A DNA stretch of 27,945 bases from the IMG/VR virus record IMGVR_UViG_2695420817_000020. One strand, written 5' to 3'. This document shows positions 18,437-27,666 of this stretch, one piece after another (the stretch's first letter is position 1; each line of letters begins with the position of its first letter). The stretch is from a virus. Taxonomy: Duplodnaviria > Heunggongvirae > Uroviricota > Caudoviricetes. The translations under genes and the position numbers were made by a program. Below the pieces are notes generated by a model that saw nothing but the letters and a program-made list of their open reading frames with translations, did not search any database and had not been told where the DNA came from.

Positions 18437-19512
18437 ACGACAATGTCACGCTACGGGTAAATGGCCGGGAGTGGAATGGCTGGACATCGGTGCGCATCGG
18501 TGCCGGTATTGAACGGCTGGCGCGGGATTTCAGTGTGGAGATCACCCGCCAGTGGCCGGGAGATGAGGGTATCACCACGCTTCAGCCGCGCATTAAAAAC
18601 GGTTCAAAAGTGGAGGTGCTGATTGGTGATGAGCTGGTGATCACCGGCTGGGTGGAGGCGACGCCCGTTCGTTACGATGCCCGTTCGGTCAGCACCGGTA
18701 TTGCCGGACGCAGTCTGACCGCTGATCTGATTGACTGTGCAGCCGAACCGACACAGTTTAACGGACGATCGCTGGTACAGATTGCGCAGGCGCTTGCTGC
18801 GCCCTTCGGCATTGAGGTGGTGAACAACGGTGCGCCGTCGGGTGTTATTCCTGACGTCCAGCCTGATCACGGTGAAACGGTGATTGAGGTAATCAACAAA
18901 ATACTCGGTCAGCAGCAGGCACTGGCTTACGACGACCCGCACGGCAGGCTGGTGATTGGCGGTATTGGCTCAACGCGGGCACATACTGCGCTGGTACTCG
19001 GGGAAAACATCCTTTCCTGCGATACGGAGAAGAGTATCCGGGAGCGATTTTCTGTTTACCAGGTGGCGGGGCAACGTGCCGGAAACGACGATGATTTCGG
19101 TGAGGCCACCACCACCGCGCTGCGGGCCCGCACAGAGGACGCATTTATTGCCCGTTACCGTCCGATGTATATCAGGCAGACAGGGCAGGCTACGGGAGCA
19201 GGCTGTATTGCCCGTGCGGACTTTGAAGCCCGACAACGGGCGGCGCGGACGGATGAAACCACCTATGTGGTGCAGGGCTGGCGACAGGGTAACGGTACGC
19301 TGTGGCAGCCCAACCAGCGGGTGATTGTCTTTGATCCGGTCTGTGGTTTCGACAATACCGAACTGCTTGTTTCGGAAGTCACGTTTACTCAGGACCAGAA
19401 CGGCACCCTGACGGAAATCCGTGTCGGCCCACCTGATGCTTATCTGCCTGAACCCGAAGCCCCCGGCGCGCGGAAAAAGAAAAAAGCCAGAGTACAGGAG
19501 GATCCGTTCTGA
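18433..19512 (+). CDS. Baseplate hub / tail protein (Mu gpP/gp44-like)
   Basis: 359 aa, overlapping start. Conserved order N-P-V(gp45)-gp46-gp47-gp48. Confidence 0.75.
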   Translation: MNDNVTLRVNGREWNGWTSVRIGAGIERLARDFSVEITRQWPGDEGITTLQPRIKNGSKVEVLIGDELVITGWVEATPVRYDARSVSTGIAGRSLTADLIDCAAEPTQFNGRSLVQIAQALAAPFGIEVVNNGAPSGVIPDVQPDHGETVIEVINKILGQQQALAYDDPHGRLVIGGIGSTRAHTALVLGENILSCDTEKSIRERFSVYQVAGQRAGNDDDFGEATTTALRARTEDAFIARYRPMYIRQTGQATGAGCIARADFEARQRAARTDETTYVVQGWRQGNGTLWQPNQRVIVFDPVCGFDNTELLVSEVTFTQDQNGTLTEIRVGPPDAYLPEPEAPGARKKKKARVQEDPF

Positions 19513-20060
19513 TGAGGACGATTGAAGCCATGCAGCGACAACTCCTCGGCCTGATTGGGCGGGCCGTGGTGAAAAGCATCAGTGCCGCCACGAAATGTCA
19601 GACCGTGGATGTGTCTCTGATTGCCGGTGAACCCAAAGCCGGGGTTGAACATCTTGAACCCTACGGTTTTACCTCAAGGGCAAACAGCGGTGCGGAAGCG
19701 GTGGTGTTGTTTCCGGATGGCGACCGCTCTCATGCGGTGGTTGTTACGGTGTCGGACCGGCGCTACCGCCTGAAAGGGCTGCAGACGGGTGAGGTGGCTG
19801 TCTATGACGATCAGGGGCAGTCTGTGACGCTGACCCGGGAGGGGATCGTGGTGGACGGTGCAGGTAAAACGATCACGTTTCGCAATTCACCTAAAGCACG
19901 TTTTGAAATGGACCTGGAAGTGACAGGACAGGTGAAAGACCTGTGCGACTCCAGCGGCACCACCATGTCAGCGATGCGGCTTGCCTATAACGGGCATCGT
20001 CACAGAGAGAACGGTCAGGGCAGTAACACCGACAAACCTGATAAAGCGATGGAGGCATGA
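19512..20060 (+). CDS. Baseplate assembly protein V / spike (Mu gp45-like)
   Basis: 182 aa. Position and size match Mu gp45-like baseplate spike proteins. Confidence 0.75.
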   Translation: MRTIEAMQRQLLGLIGRAVVKSISAATKCQTVDVSLIAGEPKAGVEHLEPYGFTSRANSGAEAVVLFPDGDRSHAVVVTVSDRRYRLKGLQTGEVAVYDDQGQSVTLTREGIVVDGAGKTITFRNSPKARFEMDLEVTGQVKDLCDSSGTTMSAMRLAYNGHRHRENGQGSNTDKPDKAMEA

Positions 20061-20485
20061 TGGAACTGTGGCTGACGGTGAACGGTAAACGCACCTGCGC
20101 CAGCGCACCGCTGGATCCGCTGACCCGCGCCGTGGTGATTTCCCTGTTTACCTGGCGGCGGGCGGAGCCTGATGACAACGCCGACGTCCCGATGGGATGG
20201 TGGGGGGATACCTGGCCTGCGGTACAGAATGACCGTTACGGCTCCCGACTGTGGCTGCTTCAGCGCAGCAAACTGACCAATCAGCTGGTGCAGACGGTAA
20301 GGGGGTATATCCGCGAATGCCTGCAATGGATGATTGATGACGGCGTGGTGTCCCGTATTGATCTGGATATCCGCCGCACCGGGATTAATGAACTGGGTAA
20401 CAGTATCACTCTCTGGCGTCGTGACGGACCGGTAATGATTTCTTTTGATGATCTGTGGAGTGCGATAACGCATGGCGGACAGTGA
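20057..20485 (+). CDS. Baseplate protein (Mu gp46-like, GPW/gp25-type)
   Basis: 142 aa, overlapping starts on both sides. Confidence 0.7.
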   Translation: MMELWLTVNGKRTCASAPLDPLTRAVVISLFTWRRAEPDDNADVPMGWWGDTWPAVQNDRYGSRLWLLQRSKLTNQLVQTVRGYIRECLQWMIDDGVVSRIDLDIRRTGINELGNSITLWRRDGPVMISFDDLWSAITHGGQ

Positions 20486-21530
20486 ATTTCAGCGCCCGAC
20501 GCTGGCAGAAAATATCAGTATGCTCCGTAACGATTTATTTGCCAGGCTGGACGTCAGCGACACGCTCCGGCGCATGGATGAAGACGTGCGGGCAAAGGTG
20601 TATGCGGCGGCGCTGCATACGGTTTACGGGTACATCGATTATCTGGCAATGAATATGCTGCCTGACCTGTGCGATGAGTCCTGGCTGGCGCGACATGCTG
20701 CGATGAAACGGTGTCCGCGCAAGGGGGCCACGGCTGCCAGCGGGTATATGCGCTGGGAAGGCGTCAGCGATGGCCTGAAGGTGACCGCCGGGAGTGTTAT
20801 TCAGCGCGATGACCTGGTTCAGTACACGGCAACTGCCGATGCAACCAGCGCCGGTGGTGTCCTGCGCGTGCCGATCGCCTGCTCAAGTGCAGGCGCGGTC
20901 GGTAACGCTGACGACGGTACGTCATTAATCCTGGTTACGCCGGTTAATGGTCTGCCGTCTTCCGGCGTGGCAGACACTCTGACAGGTGGATTTGATACTG
21001 AAGATCTGGAAACGTGGCGCGCCCGCGTCATTGAGCGGTATTACTGGACTCCTCAGGGCGGGGCTGACGGGGACTATGTTGTCTGGGCTAAAGAAGTGCC
21101 CGGCATTACCCGCGCATGGGCATACCGTCACTGGATGGGAACGGGGACTGTCGGTGTGATGATTGCCAGCAGTGACCTGATTAATCCCATTCCGGAAGAA
21201 TCAACGGAAACGGCGGCAAGACAACATATCGGGCCACTGGCCCCGGTGGCAGGCTCTGATTTGTATGTGTTCAGGCCGGTGGCGCATACGGTGGATTTTC
21301 ATATCCGTGTGACGCCGGACACACCGGAAATACGGGCTGCCATCACCGCGGAGTTGCGTTCGTTCCTGCTGCGTGATGGTTATCCGCAGGGAGAACTGAA
21401 GGTGTCGCGTATCAGTGAAGCGATTTCCGGTGCGAACGGGGAATACAGCCATCAGTTGCTTGCACCGGCGGAAAATATCTCCATTGCAAAAAATGAACTG
21501 GCGGTTCTGGGGACGATTTCATGGACGTGA
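20472..21530 (+). CDS. Baseplate J-like protein (Mu gp47-like)
   Basis: 352 aa in the conserved baseplate wedge position. Confidence 0.8.
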   Translation: MADSEFQRPTLAENISMLRNDLFARLDVSDTLRRMDEDVRAKVYAAALHTVYGYIDYLAMNMLPDLCDESWLARHAAMKRCPRKGATAASGYMRWEGVSDGLKVTAGSVIQRDDLVQYTATADATSAGGVLRVPIACSSAGAVGNADDGTSLILVTPVNGLPSSGVADTLTGGFDTEDLETWRARVIERYYWTPQGGADGDYVVWAKEVPGITRAWAYRHWMGTGTVGVMIASSDLINPIPEESTETAARQHIGPLAPVAGSDLYVFRPVAHTVDFHIRVTPDTPEIRAAITAELRSFLLRDGYPQGELKVSRISEAISGANGEYSHQLLAPAENISIAKNELAVLGTISWT

Positions 21531-22105
21531 CAAACGATGATTACATCCGTCTGTTGTCGGCACTGCTGCCGCCCGGTCCGGCGTGGTCAGCCAGCGATCC
21601 GGCGATTGCCGGTGCGGCACCGTCATTAACCCGCGTTCATCAGCGTGCGGATGCCCTGATGCGGGAGCTGGATCCGCGCACCACCACCGAACTGATAAAT
21701 CGCTGGGAGCGTCTGTGCGGCCTGCCGGATGAATGTATTCCCGCAGGAACACAGACCCTTCGCCAGCGTCAGCAACGACTGGATGCGAAGGTTAACCTGG
21801 CGGGCGGCATCAACGAGGATTTTTATCTTGCACAGCTTGCTGCCCTGGGCAGACCAGATGCCACCATCACGCGATACGACAAAAGCACGTTCACCTGCTC
21901 ATCGGCCTGTACTGACGCGGTGAATGCGCCGGAATGGCGGTATTACTGGCAGGTCAACATGCCAACCACCACCAACACCACCTGGATGACATGTGGCGAT
22001 CCCTGTGATTCCGCACTGCGTATCTGGGGTGACACCGTTGTCGAGTGTGTGCTTAACAAACTCTGCCCGTCGCATACCTACGTAATTTTTAAATATCCGG
22101 AGTAA
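21521..22105 (+). CDS. Tail protein (Mu gp48-like / YmfQ-like)
   Basis: 194 aa, immediately upstream of the tail fibre gene. Confidence 0.7.
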   Translation: MDVTNDDYIRLLSALLPPGPAWSASDPAIAGAAPSLTRVHQRADALMRELDPRTTTELINRWERLCGLPDECIPAGTQTLRQRQQRLDAKVNLAGGINEDFYLAQLAALGRPDATITRYDKSTFTCSSACTDAVNAPEWRYYWQVNMPTTTNTTWMTCGDPCDSALRIWGDTVVECVLNKLCPSHTYVIFKYPE

Positions 22106-22108
22106 TCC

Positions 22109-22882
22109 ATGCATCGTATAGACACGAAAACCGCGCAGAAGGATAAGTTCGGCGCGGGTAAGAACGGTTTTACCCGTGGTAACCCCCAGACTGGCACGCC
22201 TGCCACCGATCTGGATGATGACTACTTTGACATGTTGCAGGAGGAGCTTTGCAGCGTTGTGGAGGCATCCGGTGCCAGCCTGGAGAAGGGGCGGCATGAC
22301 CAGCTGCTTACCGCGCTTCGTGCGCTGCTGTTAAGCCGCAAGAATCCGTTTGGCGATATCAAATCGGATGGCACGGTGAAAACAGCTCTCGAAAACCTTG
22401 GTTTGGGAGAAGGTTCGGCATTACCCGTTGGTGTGCCTGTTCCATGGCCTTCAGCCACACCGCCAACAGGCTGGCTGAAATGCAACGGTGCGCCTTTTTC
22501 TGCAGAAGAATACCCGGAACTGGCAAAGGCTTATCCAACAAATAAATTGCCTGATTTACGCGGTGAATTCATTCGCGGCTGGGATGATGGGCGCGGGGTG
22601 GATGCTGGTCGAGATTTGTTATCATCTCAAGGGGATGCAATAAGAAATATAACTGGAGGATTTAATATCAGACCTGGATCGAGCAGTGCTTTGATTACTT
22701 TCGCTGCTGGTGCTCTTAAAGTAGCATCAAGAGTTCAAAGTGCTTATGTCACAAACACTTCAGCCACTGACAAAATTGCTGAAGGTATAGACTTCGATGC
22801 CAGTGCTGCTCCTGGAGTTGTAACTGCATCTGAAAACCGTCCAAGAAATATCGCGTTTAACTACATTGTAAGGGCAGCATGA
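22109..22882 (+). CDS. Tail fibre protein (constant N-terminus plus variable C-terminus in the current orientation)
   Basis: 257 aa. A recombination crossover site lies about 97 codons in. Followed by a tail-fibre assembly gene. Confidence 0.8.
   Translation: MHRIDTKTAQKDKFGAGKNGFTRGNPQTGTPATDLDDDYFDMLQEELCSVVEASGASLEKGRHDQLLTALRALLLSRKNPFGDIKSDGTVKTALENLGLGEGSALPVGVPVPWPSATPPTGWLKCNGAPFSAEEYPELAKAYPTNKLPDLRGEFIRGWDDGRGVDAGRDLLSSQGDAIRNITGGFNIRPGSSSALITFAAGALKVASRVQSAYVTNTSATDKIAEGIDFDASAAPGVVTASENRPRNIAFNYIVRAA
22386..22411. repeat. Invertase crossover site (gix/hix/pix-like), left, inside the tail fibre gene
   Basis: 26 bp CTCTCGAAAACC TT GGTTTGGGAGAA. The inner half-site is a perfect inverted copy of the inner half-site at 24244-24255. 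Confidence 0.75.
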
Positions 22883-23484
22883 TGAATAAAGTTGTATTAA
22901 ATAGTGAGCTTATTGCTACAAAGGCGGGGAGTGTTACCGTTTATAATTATGATGGCGAAACACGGGAATATATTGCCACATCAACTGAACATCTTGCTGT
23001 CGGTGTCGGTATCCCGGTATGTTCTTGTTTAGATGCTCCGAGCTCAAACAAAGCTGGTTATGCAATCTGCCGTTCGGCAGATTTAAACTCATGGGAATAT
23101 GTGCCAGACCATCGCGGTGAAACGGTCTATAGCACCGAAACAGGAGAATCAAAAGAAATCACCGCTCTGGGTGATTACCCTGAAAATACAACCACTATCG
23201 CCCCGTTAACGCCATATGATAAATGGAATGGTGAAAAATGGGTGGCGGATACTGAGGCACAGCATAGCGCCGCAGTAGAAGCGGCAGAAGCACAGCGCCA
23301 GTCACTGATTGATGCTGCAATGGCTTCCATTGGTCTGATTCAGCTGAAATTACAGGCCGGACGGAATCTGACGCAGGCAGAAACCGCCAGACTTAACGCT
23401 GCGCTGGATTACATTGACGCGGTGACGGCAACAGATACCAGCACGGCGCCGGATGTCATCTGGCCTGAACTGCCGGAGGCGTAG
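22879..23484 (+). CDS. Tail fibre assembly protein (Tfa/U-like)
   Basis: 201 aa with Tfa-like C-terminus (...[25 protein letters not shown]). Confidence 0.8.
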   Translation: MMNKVVLNSELIATKAGSVTVYNYDGETREYIATSTEHLAVGVGIPVCSCLDAPSSNKAGYAICRSADLNSWEYVPDHRGETVYSTETGESKEITALGDYPENTTTIAPLTPYDKWNGEKWVADTEAQHSAAVEAAEAQRQSLIDAAMASIGLIQLKLQAGRNLTQAETARLNAALDYIDAVTATDTSTAPDVIWPELPEA

Positions 23485-23896
23485 GCCATTCAATATCTGG
23501 CGCACTGGAAGTATCGACCAGTTCCAGTGCGTCCAGATAATCCAGCCACAAATTATATTGCGCCAGTTCCTCACCTTTCAGGCGACCAATCGCCGCTTTA
23601 CCAGGCCATTGCTTACTGTGTGTGTATTCGTTGACCTGATTAATCAATTGCTGCTTTTCCAGTTCGGCTGCGGCAATTTGTTCCTCATGAGTTGGCGGTG
23701 GAATATCAATCCATGCAGGCATTCCGTCGATGACACCTCTGTATTTTCCTTCTGGTGCTTCCTTCATAAATTCGGCGGCAACAGTGTCGTCAATTTCGAT
23801 TCCATCACCGGGCCATTCGCCGGATTCCTGATAAGCGATTTTAAGCTCCACAGGGAAAAACGCATTTTTATCGGCACTGAAAATATATTTCTGCAT
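23456..23896 (-). CDS. Alternative tail fibre assembly protein (Tfa'/U'-like)
   Basis: 146 aa on the opposite strand with Tfa-like C-terminus (...[21 protein letters not shown]). Convergent with the + strand Tfa inside the invertible segment. Confidence 0.75.
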   Translation of the reverse strand: MQKYIFSADKNAFFPVELKIAYQESGEWPGDGIEIDDTVAAEFMKEAPEGKYRGVIDGMPAWIDIPPPTHEEQIAAAELEKQQLINQVNEYTHSKQWPGKAAIGRLKGEELAQYNLWLDYLDALELVDTSSAPDIEWPTPPAVQAR

Positions 23897-23898
23897 TT

Positions 23899-24257
23899 CT
23901 ACCGTCCTATCGAAATATAACTGAATCTGTATTGCTGTGAGATATCACTGGTTGCCACACGCCACGCTGAATTACTGATATGTTCAAAATTTACAGACAA
24001 AACCTGCGGGGCAGGATTCGACGGGGCTGACTGAACGGCATCAGACATAACACTGACTGAAACCATCGGCTGATTAGGGAATGGTATAGGGAAGTGTCCA
24101 CTGATAAAGCGGGTCGTGTTTCCTGAAAAAGTGCCAAACTGAACAATATATCCACCTGGTAGCCTGAACCATCCCGAACCAGAAGCGAATGCTCCCATAT
24201 CCGGTATCTGATTATCTCCTGTGCCCACATCCCTTTTCGCCGCTTCTCCCAAACCAA
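23899..24257 (-). CDS. Alternative tail fibre C-terminal segment (S'-like); no own start, expressed only after inversion
   Basis: Minus-strand frame is open from the right crossover core to 23899. After inversion it joins in frame to the constant N-terminus (…ENLGLGE + AAKRDVGTG…). Confidence 0.7.
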
Positions 24258-24269
24258 CCTTTCAAATAT
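24244..24269. repeat. Invertase crossover site, right, just upstream of the invertase gene
   Basis: 26 bp TTCTCCCAAACC AA CCTTTCAAATAT, closely resembling hix/gix-type sites. Confidence 0.75.
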
Positions 24270-24328
24270 TTTTCTGAATCAGGTGATATTTCGCCTCTTC
24301 TCCTGTTTTTACAACAGGAGAAGCACTC

Positions 24329-24892
24329 ATGATTTACGGGTATGTTCGTGTATCAACAAATCATCAGGATACAGAGTTGCAACGTCTTGCACTTGAGTCA
24401 GCTGGCTGTGAGCGAATTTATGAAGAATATGCCAGTGGCAGAACAGCTAATCGCCCTGTGTTAAAGGAATTAATTACGGTGATGAAAAGTGGAGATGAGT
24501 TGATTGTCTGGAAGTTAGATCGGATAGGGAGAAATGTGCTGCATGCGCTATTGATGTTTCAAAATCTGCACGAAAAAGGTGTTAATTTTCGGAGTATTAC
24601 AGATGGCGTAGACCTGAAAACAGCAAGTGGTCGCTATAATTTCCGTAATATTCTTTCTGCTGCGCAGTATGAATCTGATTTGAATAGCGAGCGAACTTTA
24701 GCTGGTTTGGCTATTGCCAGATCCAAAGGCCGGATTGGTGGGCGTAGACCGAAGTTTAGCGACGAGCAGTGGCAACAGATGGGAGCGCTCATAGCGGCAG
24801 GGAAATCACGGCGTTATGTTGCACGTATCTATAACGTTGGGCTATCAACCCTATATAAACGATTTCCTGTTACTGGCATTCAAACGAAATAA
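24329..24892 (+). CDS. Site-specific DNA invertase, serine recombinase (Pin/Gin/Hin family)
   Basis: 187 aa. N-terminal catalytic motif YVRVST, ...WKLDRIGR..., C-terminal helix-turn-helix (LSTLYKRF). Adjacent to the invertible tail-fibre segment. Confidence 0.9.
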   Translation: MIYGYVRVSTNHQDTELQRLALESAGCERIYEEYASGRTANRPVLKELITVMKSGDELIVWKLDRIGRNVLHALLMFQNLHEKGVNFRSITDGVDLKTASGRYNFRNILSAAQYESDLNSERTLAGLAIARSKGRIGGRRPKFSDEQWQQMGALIAAGKSRRYVARIYNVGLSTLYKRFPVTGIQTK

Positions 24893-24932
24893 TTTAAAAG
24901 CAATTTAAAGAGTTATTTGTCTAATGTTGGAA

Positions 24933-24968
24933 GCCGCAGCCACGTCGTATGCAAGAACGTGCTGCGGC
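24933..24968. terminator. Hairpin between convergent invertase and DinI-like genes (possible bidirectional terminator)
   Basis: GCCGCAGCCACG ... CGTG-CTGCGGC stem of about 11 bp with one bulge. No strong T-run on either side. Confidence 0.35.
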
Positions 24969-25035
24969 TGGCTGGCGAACTTTCGATAGTGCGAGTATTG
25001 AATGATTTCCAGCCGTTACCGATTTTACGTGTTAA

Positions 25036-25284
25036 TTAGTGAACAAACCACTCGTCAGCAGATTCCCAGGTATCTTTCAGAGTCTCCTGAACAAAAGTTT
25101 TTGCAGAATCCTTATCTGCGGTGCGTGTAACAGAAAGGCCATCGTTGCTGGTGGCTTTTACGATCACCTCTACATCGTCATAACGTTTACTGATGCGTCG
25201 GGTTAATTCTTCCTTTAACGCATCCACAGCACCGGTTGGCATTTTAGTCATTTTTTCTTTGGCTATGCAGATTTCAATACGCAT
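25036..25284 (-). CDS. DinI-family protein (SOS-inducible RecA modulator homologue)
   Basis: 82 aa. MRIEI.IAK...P.GA.DAL..EL..RI...TWESADEWF resembles E. coli DinI. Two LexA boxes in its promoter. Confidence 0.8.
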   Translation of the reverse strand: MRIEICIAKEKMTKMPTGAVDALKEELTRRISKRYDDVEVIVKATSNDGLSVTRTADKDSAKTFVQETLKDTWESADEWFVH

Positions 25285-25297
25285 AAAAGTCCCTCTA

Positions 25298-25349
25298 TAC
25301 TGTGTTTGTATACAGTATTATTTTTAACTGTATGGATAAACAGTGTCAA
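25298..25349 (-). promoter_or_regulatory. SOS promoter with two LexA boxes upstream of the DinI-like gene
   Basis: TACTGTgtttgtatACAGTA (25298-25317) and aCTGTatggataaACAGt (25327-25344), both CTGT-N8-ACAG. On the minus strand a perfect TTGACA -35 lies at 25344-25349. Confidence 0.7.
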
Positions 25350-26443
25350 GAGGTCTTATTTCTGCTCCTTTGGAGCTCTTCAAAACGATTATGTAAAGAT
25401 TTCGGATACAGTTCGGTATATACCTGCCATAGCACGTTTAATGAACGATGCCCTGTAACCTGGGCGACTTCCTCAATACTAAAACCAGCCTCAAATAAGC
25501 GACTTGCCCCTTCTCTACGCAAATCATGGTATCGCAGATCTTTAATACCTAATTTGCTTCTTACCCTCTGGAATCCCGCAGTAACAGAAGTGCTGTTATA
25601 TGGAAAAATGAATTCTGATTTTTTGGGTTGTCGTTGGACGATATCCCAGGCTTCCCCAAGCAAGGCTACTTTCATATGGTTGCCTTCCTTTTTACGTGGA
25701 TCTTTCCTGTCTCTTACGAGTATGGATTTTTGTTCCTGATCGAGATCCTCCCATCGTAATCGGCATACTTCACCGATTCGCATACATGACCACACAGAAA
25801 ATTTGAGGATATCAACGAACGGAATTTTTGAGCATTTATGTGTAGATCGTTGTTGAAGACCTTCAATGAGCATGTCCAGTTCATCAGATGCCGGTCTACG
25901 ATTACGACGATTTGATTTACCAATTAAACCAAGTTTAAGTAGATATGGACGAGCGGCTTTTGCTGGGTTTGATGTGTAATTAATTCCATATACAGGTTTG
26001 GCAGCATCCAGAACACTGCCAAGATAACTAACATCGTGGCTAACTGTAGCTGGACCTGCACCAGCGTTGTTTCTTAGCCTGCAATGTTCAATTACGTCAT
26101 TTTCTGTCAGTTCAGATAGTTTGATCGCGGAGATGTCACTATCCATAAGCAGTTCCAGCACATATCTTTTAGTACGGCCTGCTTTACCTCCGGCATTTGG
26201 GTCATTTAAATATTTGTGTAGTAAGTCACGGACTGTAAGTCCGTCAACTGCATTTGATGATGGAATGCCATATAGATCTAATTCCATCACTTTCTGTGTG
26301 CCCCATGTTTTGGCATGAGCATGTTTAGGGAATGTTTTGCTTTCCCTGTAAGTGATAACACCTTTTTCTTTGATAATCACATTACAGCGATAGCGTGGTG
26401 TGCCATCGGATTTTAGTCGTTTCTCTATGTTATAGTACGCCAT
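25346..26443 (-). CDS. Tyrosine-type phage integrase (dusA-associated)
   Basis: 365 aa. C-terminal catalytic region (...YHDLRREGASR...GHRSLNVLWQVYTELY). GAGG RBS. Divergent from dusA, 88 bp away. Confidence 0.9.
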   Translation of the reverse strand: MAYYNIEKRLKSDGTPRYRCNVIIKEKGVITYRESKTFPKHAHAKTWGTQKVMELDLYGIPSSNAVDGLTVRDLLHKYLNDPNAGGKAGRTKRYVLELLMDSDISAIKLSELTENDVIEHCRLRNNAGAGPATVSHDVSYLGSVLDAAKPVYGINYTSNPAKAARPYLLKLGLIGKSNRRNRRPASDELDMLIEGLQQRSTHKCSKIPFVDILKFSVWSCMRIGEVCRLRWEDLDQEQKSILVRDRKDPRKKEGNHMKVALLGEAWDIVQRQPKKSEFIFPYNSTSVTAGFQRVRSKLGIKDLRYHDLRREGASRLFEAGFSIEEVAQVTGHRSLNVLWQVYTELYPKSLHNRFEELQRSRNKTS

Positions 26444-26462
26444 TACACGACCTCGTTATTTC

Positions 26463-26498
26463 GGGTTCCCATAAAACGTGGGAACCTGTGCGGGAACC
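26463..26498. repeat. Clustered GGGAACC / GGTTCCC repeats in the int-dusA intergenic region
   Basis: GGGTTCCC (26463-26470), GGGAACC (26480-26486), GGGAACC (26492-26498); the first two form an inverted repeat. Candidate recombinase or regulator binding sites (inference). Confidence 0.35.
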
Positions 26499-26531
26499 TA
26501 ACGCGAGAAAAATAGCCTGAAATGTTCAAAA

Positions 26532-27569
26532 ATGCACGATAATCATGAAACACAAAAAATTAATCAAACCAGCGTGATGCCTGAAAAAACTGGTGTTTAC
26601 TGGAATTCTCGGTTTAGCATTGCTCCTATGCTTGACTGGACGGACAGACATTGCCGTTATTTCCTGCGTCTGCTTTCCCGCAATACGTTGCTGTATACCG
26701 AAATGGTGACCACAGGGGCGATTATTCACGGTAAAGGTGATTACCTGGCGTACAGTGAAGAAGAACATCCGGTAGCGTTGCAACTCGGGGGTAGCGATCC
26801 GGCGGCGCTGGCACAGTGTGCGAAGCTGGCAGAAGCGCGTGGATATGATGAGATCAACCTGAATGTCGGCTGCCCGTCTGACCGGGTGCAGAACGGCATG
26901 TTTGGTGCGTGTCTGATGGGTAATGCGCAGCTGGTTGCCGACTGCGTGAAAGCGATGCGCGATGTGGTGTCGATTCCGGTGACGGTGAAAACGCGTATTG
27001 GCATCGATGATCAGGACAGCTATGAATTTCTCTGCGATTTCATCAACACCGTTTCCGGCAAAGGTGAGTGTGAGATGTTCATCATCCACGCACGTAAAGC
27101 CTGGCTTTCTGGGTTAAGTCCGAAAGAAAACCGTGAGATCCCGCCTCTCGATTATCCGCGTGTGTATCAACTGAAGCGTGACTTTCCGCATCTGACGATG
27201 TCGATTAACGGTGGTATCAAGTCGCTGGAAGAAGCTAAAGCGCATTTGCAACATATGGATGGCGTGATGGTCGGGCGCGAGGCGTATCAGAATCCGGGTA
27301 TTCTGGCGGCGGTAGACCGAGAGATTTTTGGTTCCTCGGATACTGATGCTGATCCGGTGGCGGTAGTGCGCGCCATGTATCCGTACATTGAGCGTGAACT
27401 CAGCCAGGGTACGTATCTCGGCCATATTACCCGGCATATGCTGGGCTTGTTCCAGGGTATTCCTGGCGCGCGGCAGTGGCGGCGTTATTTAAGTGAAAAT
27501 GCCCATAAAGCGGGTGCAGACATTAATGTGCTGGAACACGCGCTCAAACTGGTGGCGGATAAGCGTTAA
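26532..27569 (+). CDS. dusA: tRNA-dihydrouridine synthase A
   Basis: 345 aa, TIM-barrel Dus motifs, near-identical over most of its length to E. coli DusA as I recall it. Followed by pspG as in E. coli. Confidence 0.9.
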   Translation: MHDNHETQKINQTSVMPEKTGVYWNSRFSIAPMLDWTDRHCRYFLRLLSRNTLLYTEMVTTGAIIHGKGDYLAYSEEEHPVALQLGGSDPAALAQCAKLAEARGYDEINLNVGCPSDRVQNGMFGACLMGNAQLVADCVKAMRDVVSIPVTVKTRIGIDDQDSYEFLCDFINTVSGKGECEMFIIHARKAWLSGLSPKENREIPPLDYPRVYQLKRDFPHLTMSINGGIKSLEEAKAHLQHMDGVMVGREAYQNPGILAAVDREIFGSSDTDADPVAVVRAMYPYIERELSQGTYLGHITRHMLGLFQGIPGARQWRRYLSENAHKAGADINVLEHALKLVADKR

Positions 27570-27598
27570 CTTTTCACCAAAAAGTAGTCAAATTCACC

Positions 27599-27627
27599 AC
27601 GCCCTGCGCACCGTCGCGGGGCGTTTT
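27599..27627 (+). terminator. Putative terminator after dusA
   Basis: ACGCCCTGCG - CACCGT - CGCGGGGCGT stem with one mismatch, followed by a short T-rich run. Confidence 0.4.
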
Positions 27628-27650
27628 GCTGTTAAATCAATAGATTATTT

Positions 27651-27666
27651 TTGGCATGATTCTTGT
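27651..27666 (+). promoter_or_regulatory. Candidate sigma-54 (-24/-12) promoter of pspG
   Basis: TTGGCATGATTCTTGT matches TGGCAC-N5-TTGC at 14 of 16 positions including the GG at -24. pspG is an established PspF/sigma-54 target in E. coli. Confidence 0.45.

Larger units (their letters stand above)
1..26531. mobile_element. Temperate prophage (late region plus integration module); left end lies outside the window, right end abuts the 5' end of dusA
   Basis: Contiguous Q antiterminator, lysis, terminase, portal, protease, capsid, contractile tail, invertase and integrase genes, ending next to host dusA/pspG. Exact att boundary not determinable without the other prophage end. Confidence 0.85.

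Noticed and set aside
20015-20473. 152-aa minus-strand ORF across the gp45/gp46 genes
   Set aside because: Antisense shadow ORF with no start context.
23453-23920. 155-aa plus-strand ORF antisense to the alternative Tfa' gene
   Set aside because: Tfa' on the minus strand has a recognisable Tfa C-terminus. The plus-strand ORF is Cys/Phe/Arg-rich and lacks an RBS.
23991-24257. 88-aa minus-strand ORF in a second frame across the right crossover site
   Set aside because: Overlaps the alternative fibre C-terminus in another frame. Only the frame that fuses in-frame with the constant fibre N-terminus after inversion makes biological sense.
25302-25739. 145-aa plus-strand ORF starting in the DinI promoter and running antisense through the integrase 3' end
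   Set aside because: Overlaps the LexA boxes and the integrase gene. No RBS.
26526-27437. Minus-strand ORFs (26526..27089, 26741..27004, 27114..27437) antisense to dusA
   Set aside because: dusA is a conserved housekeeping gene. The antisense ORFs are His/Arg-rich artefacts.
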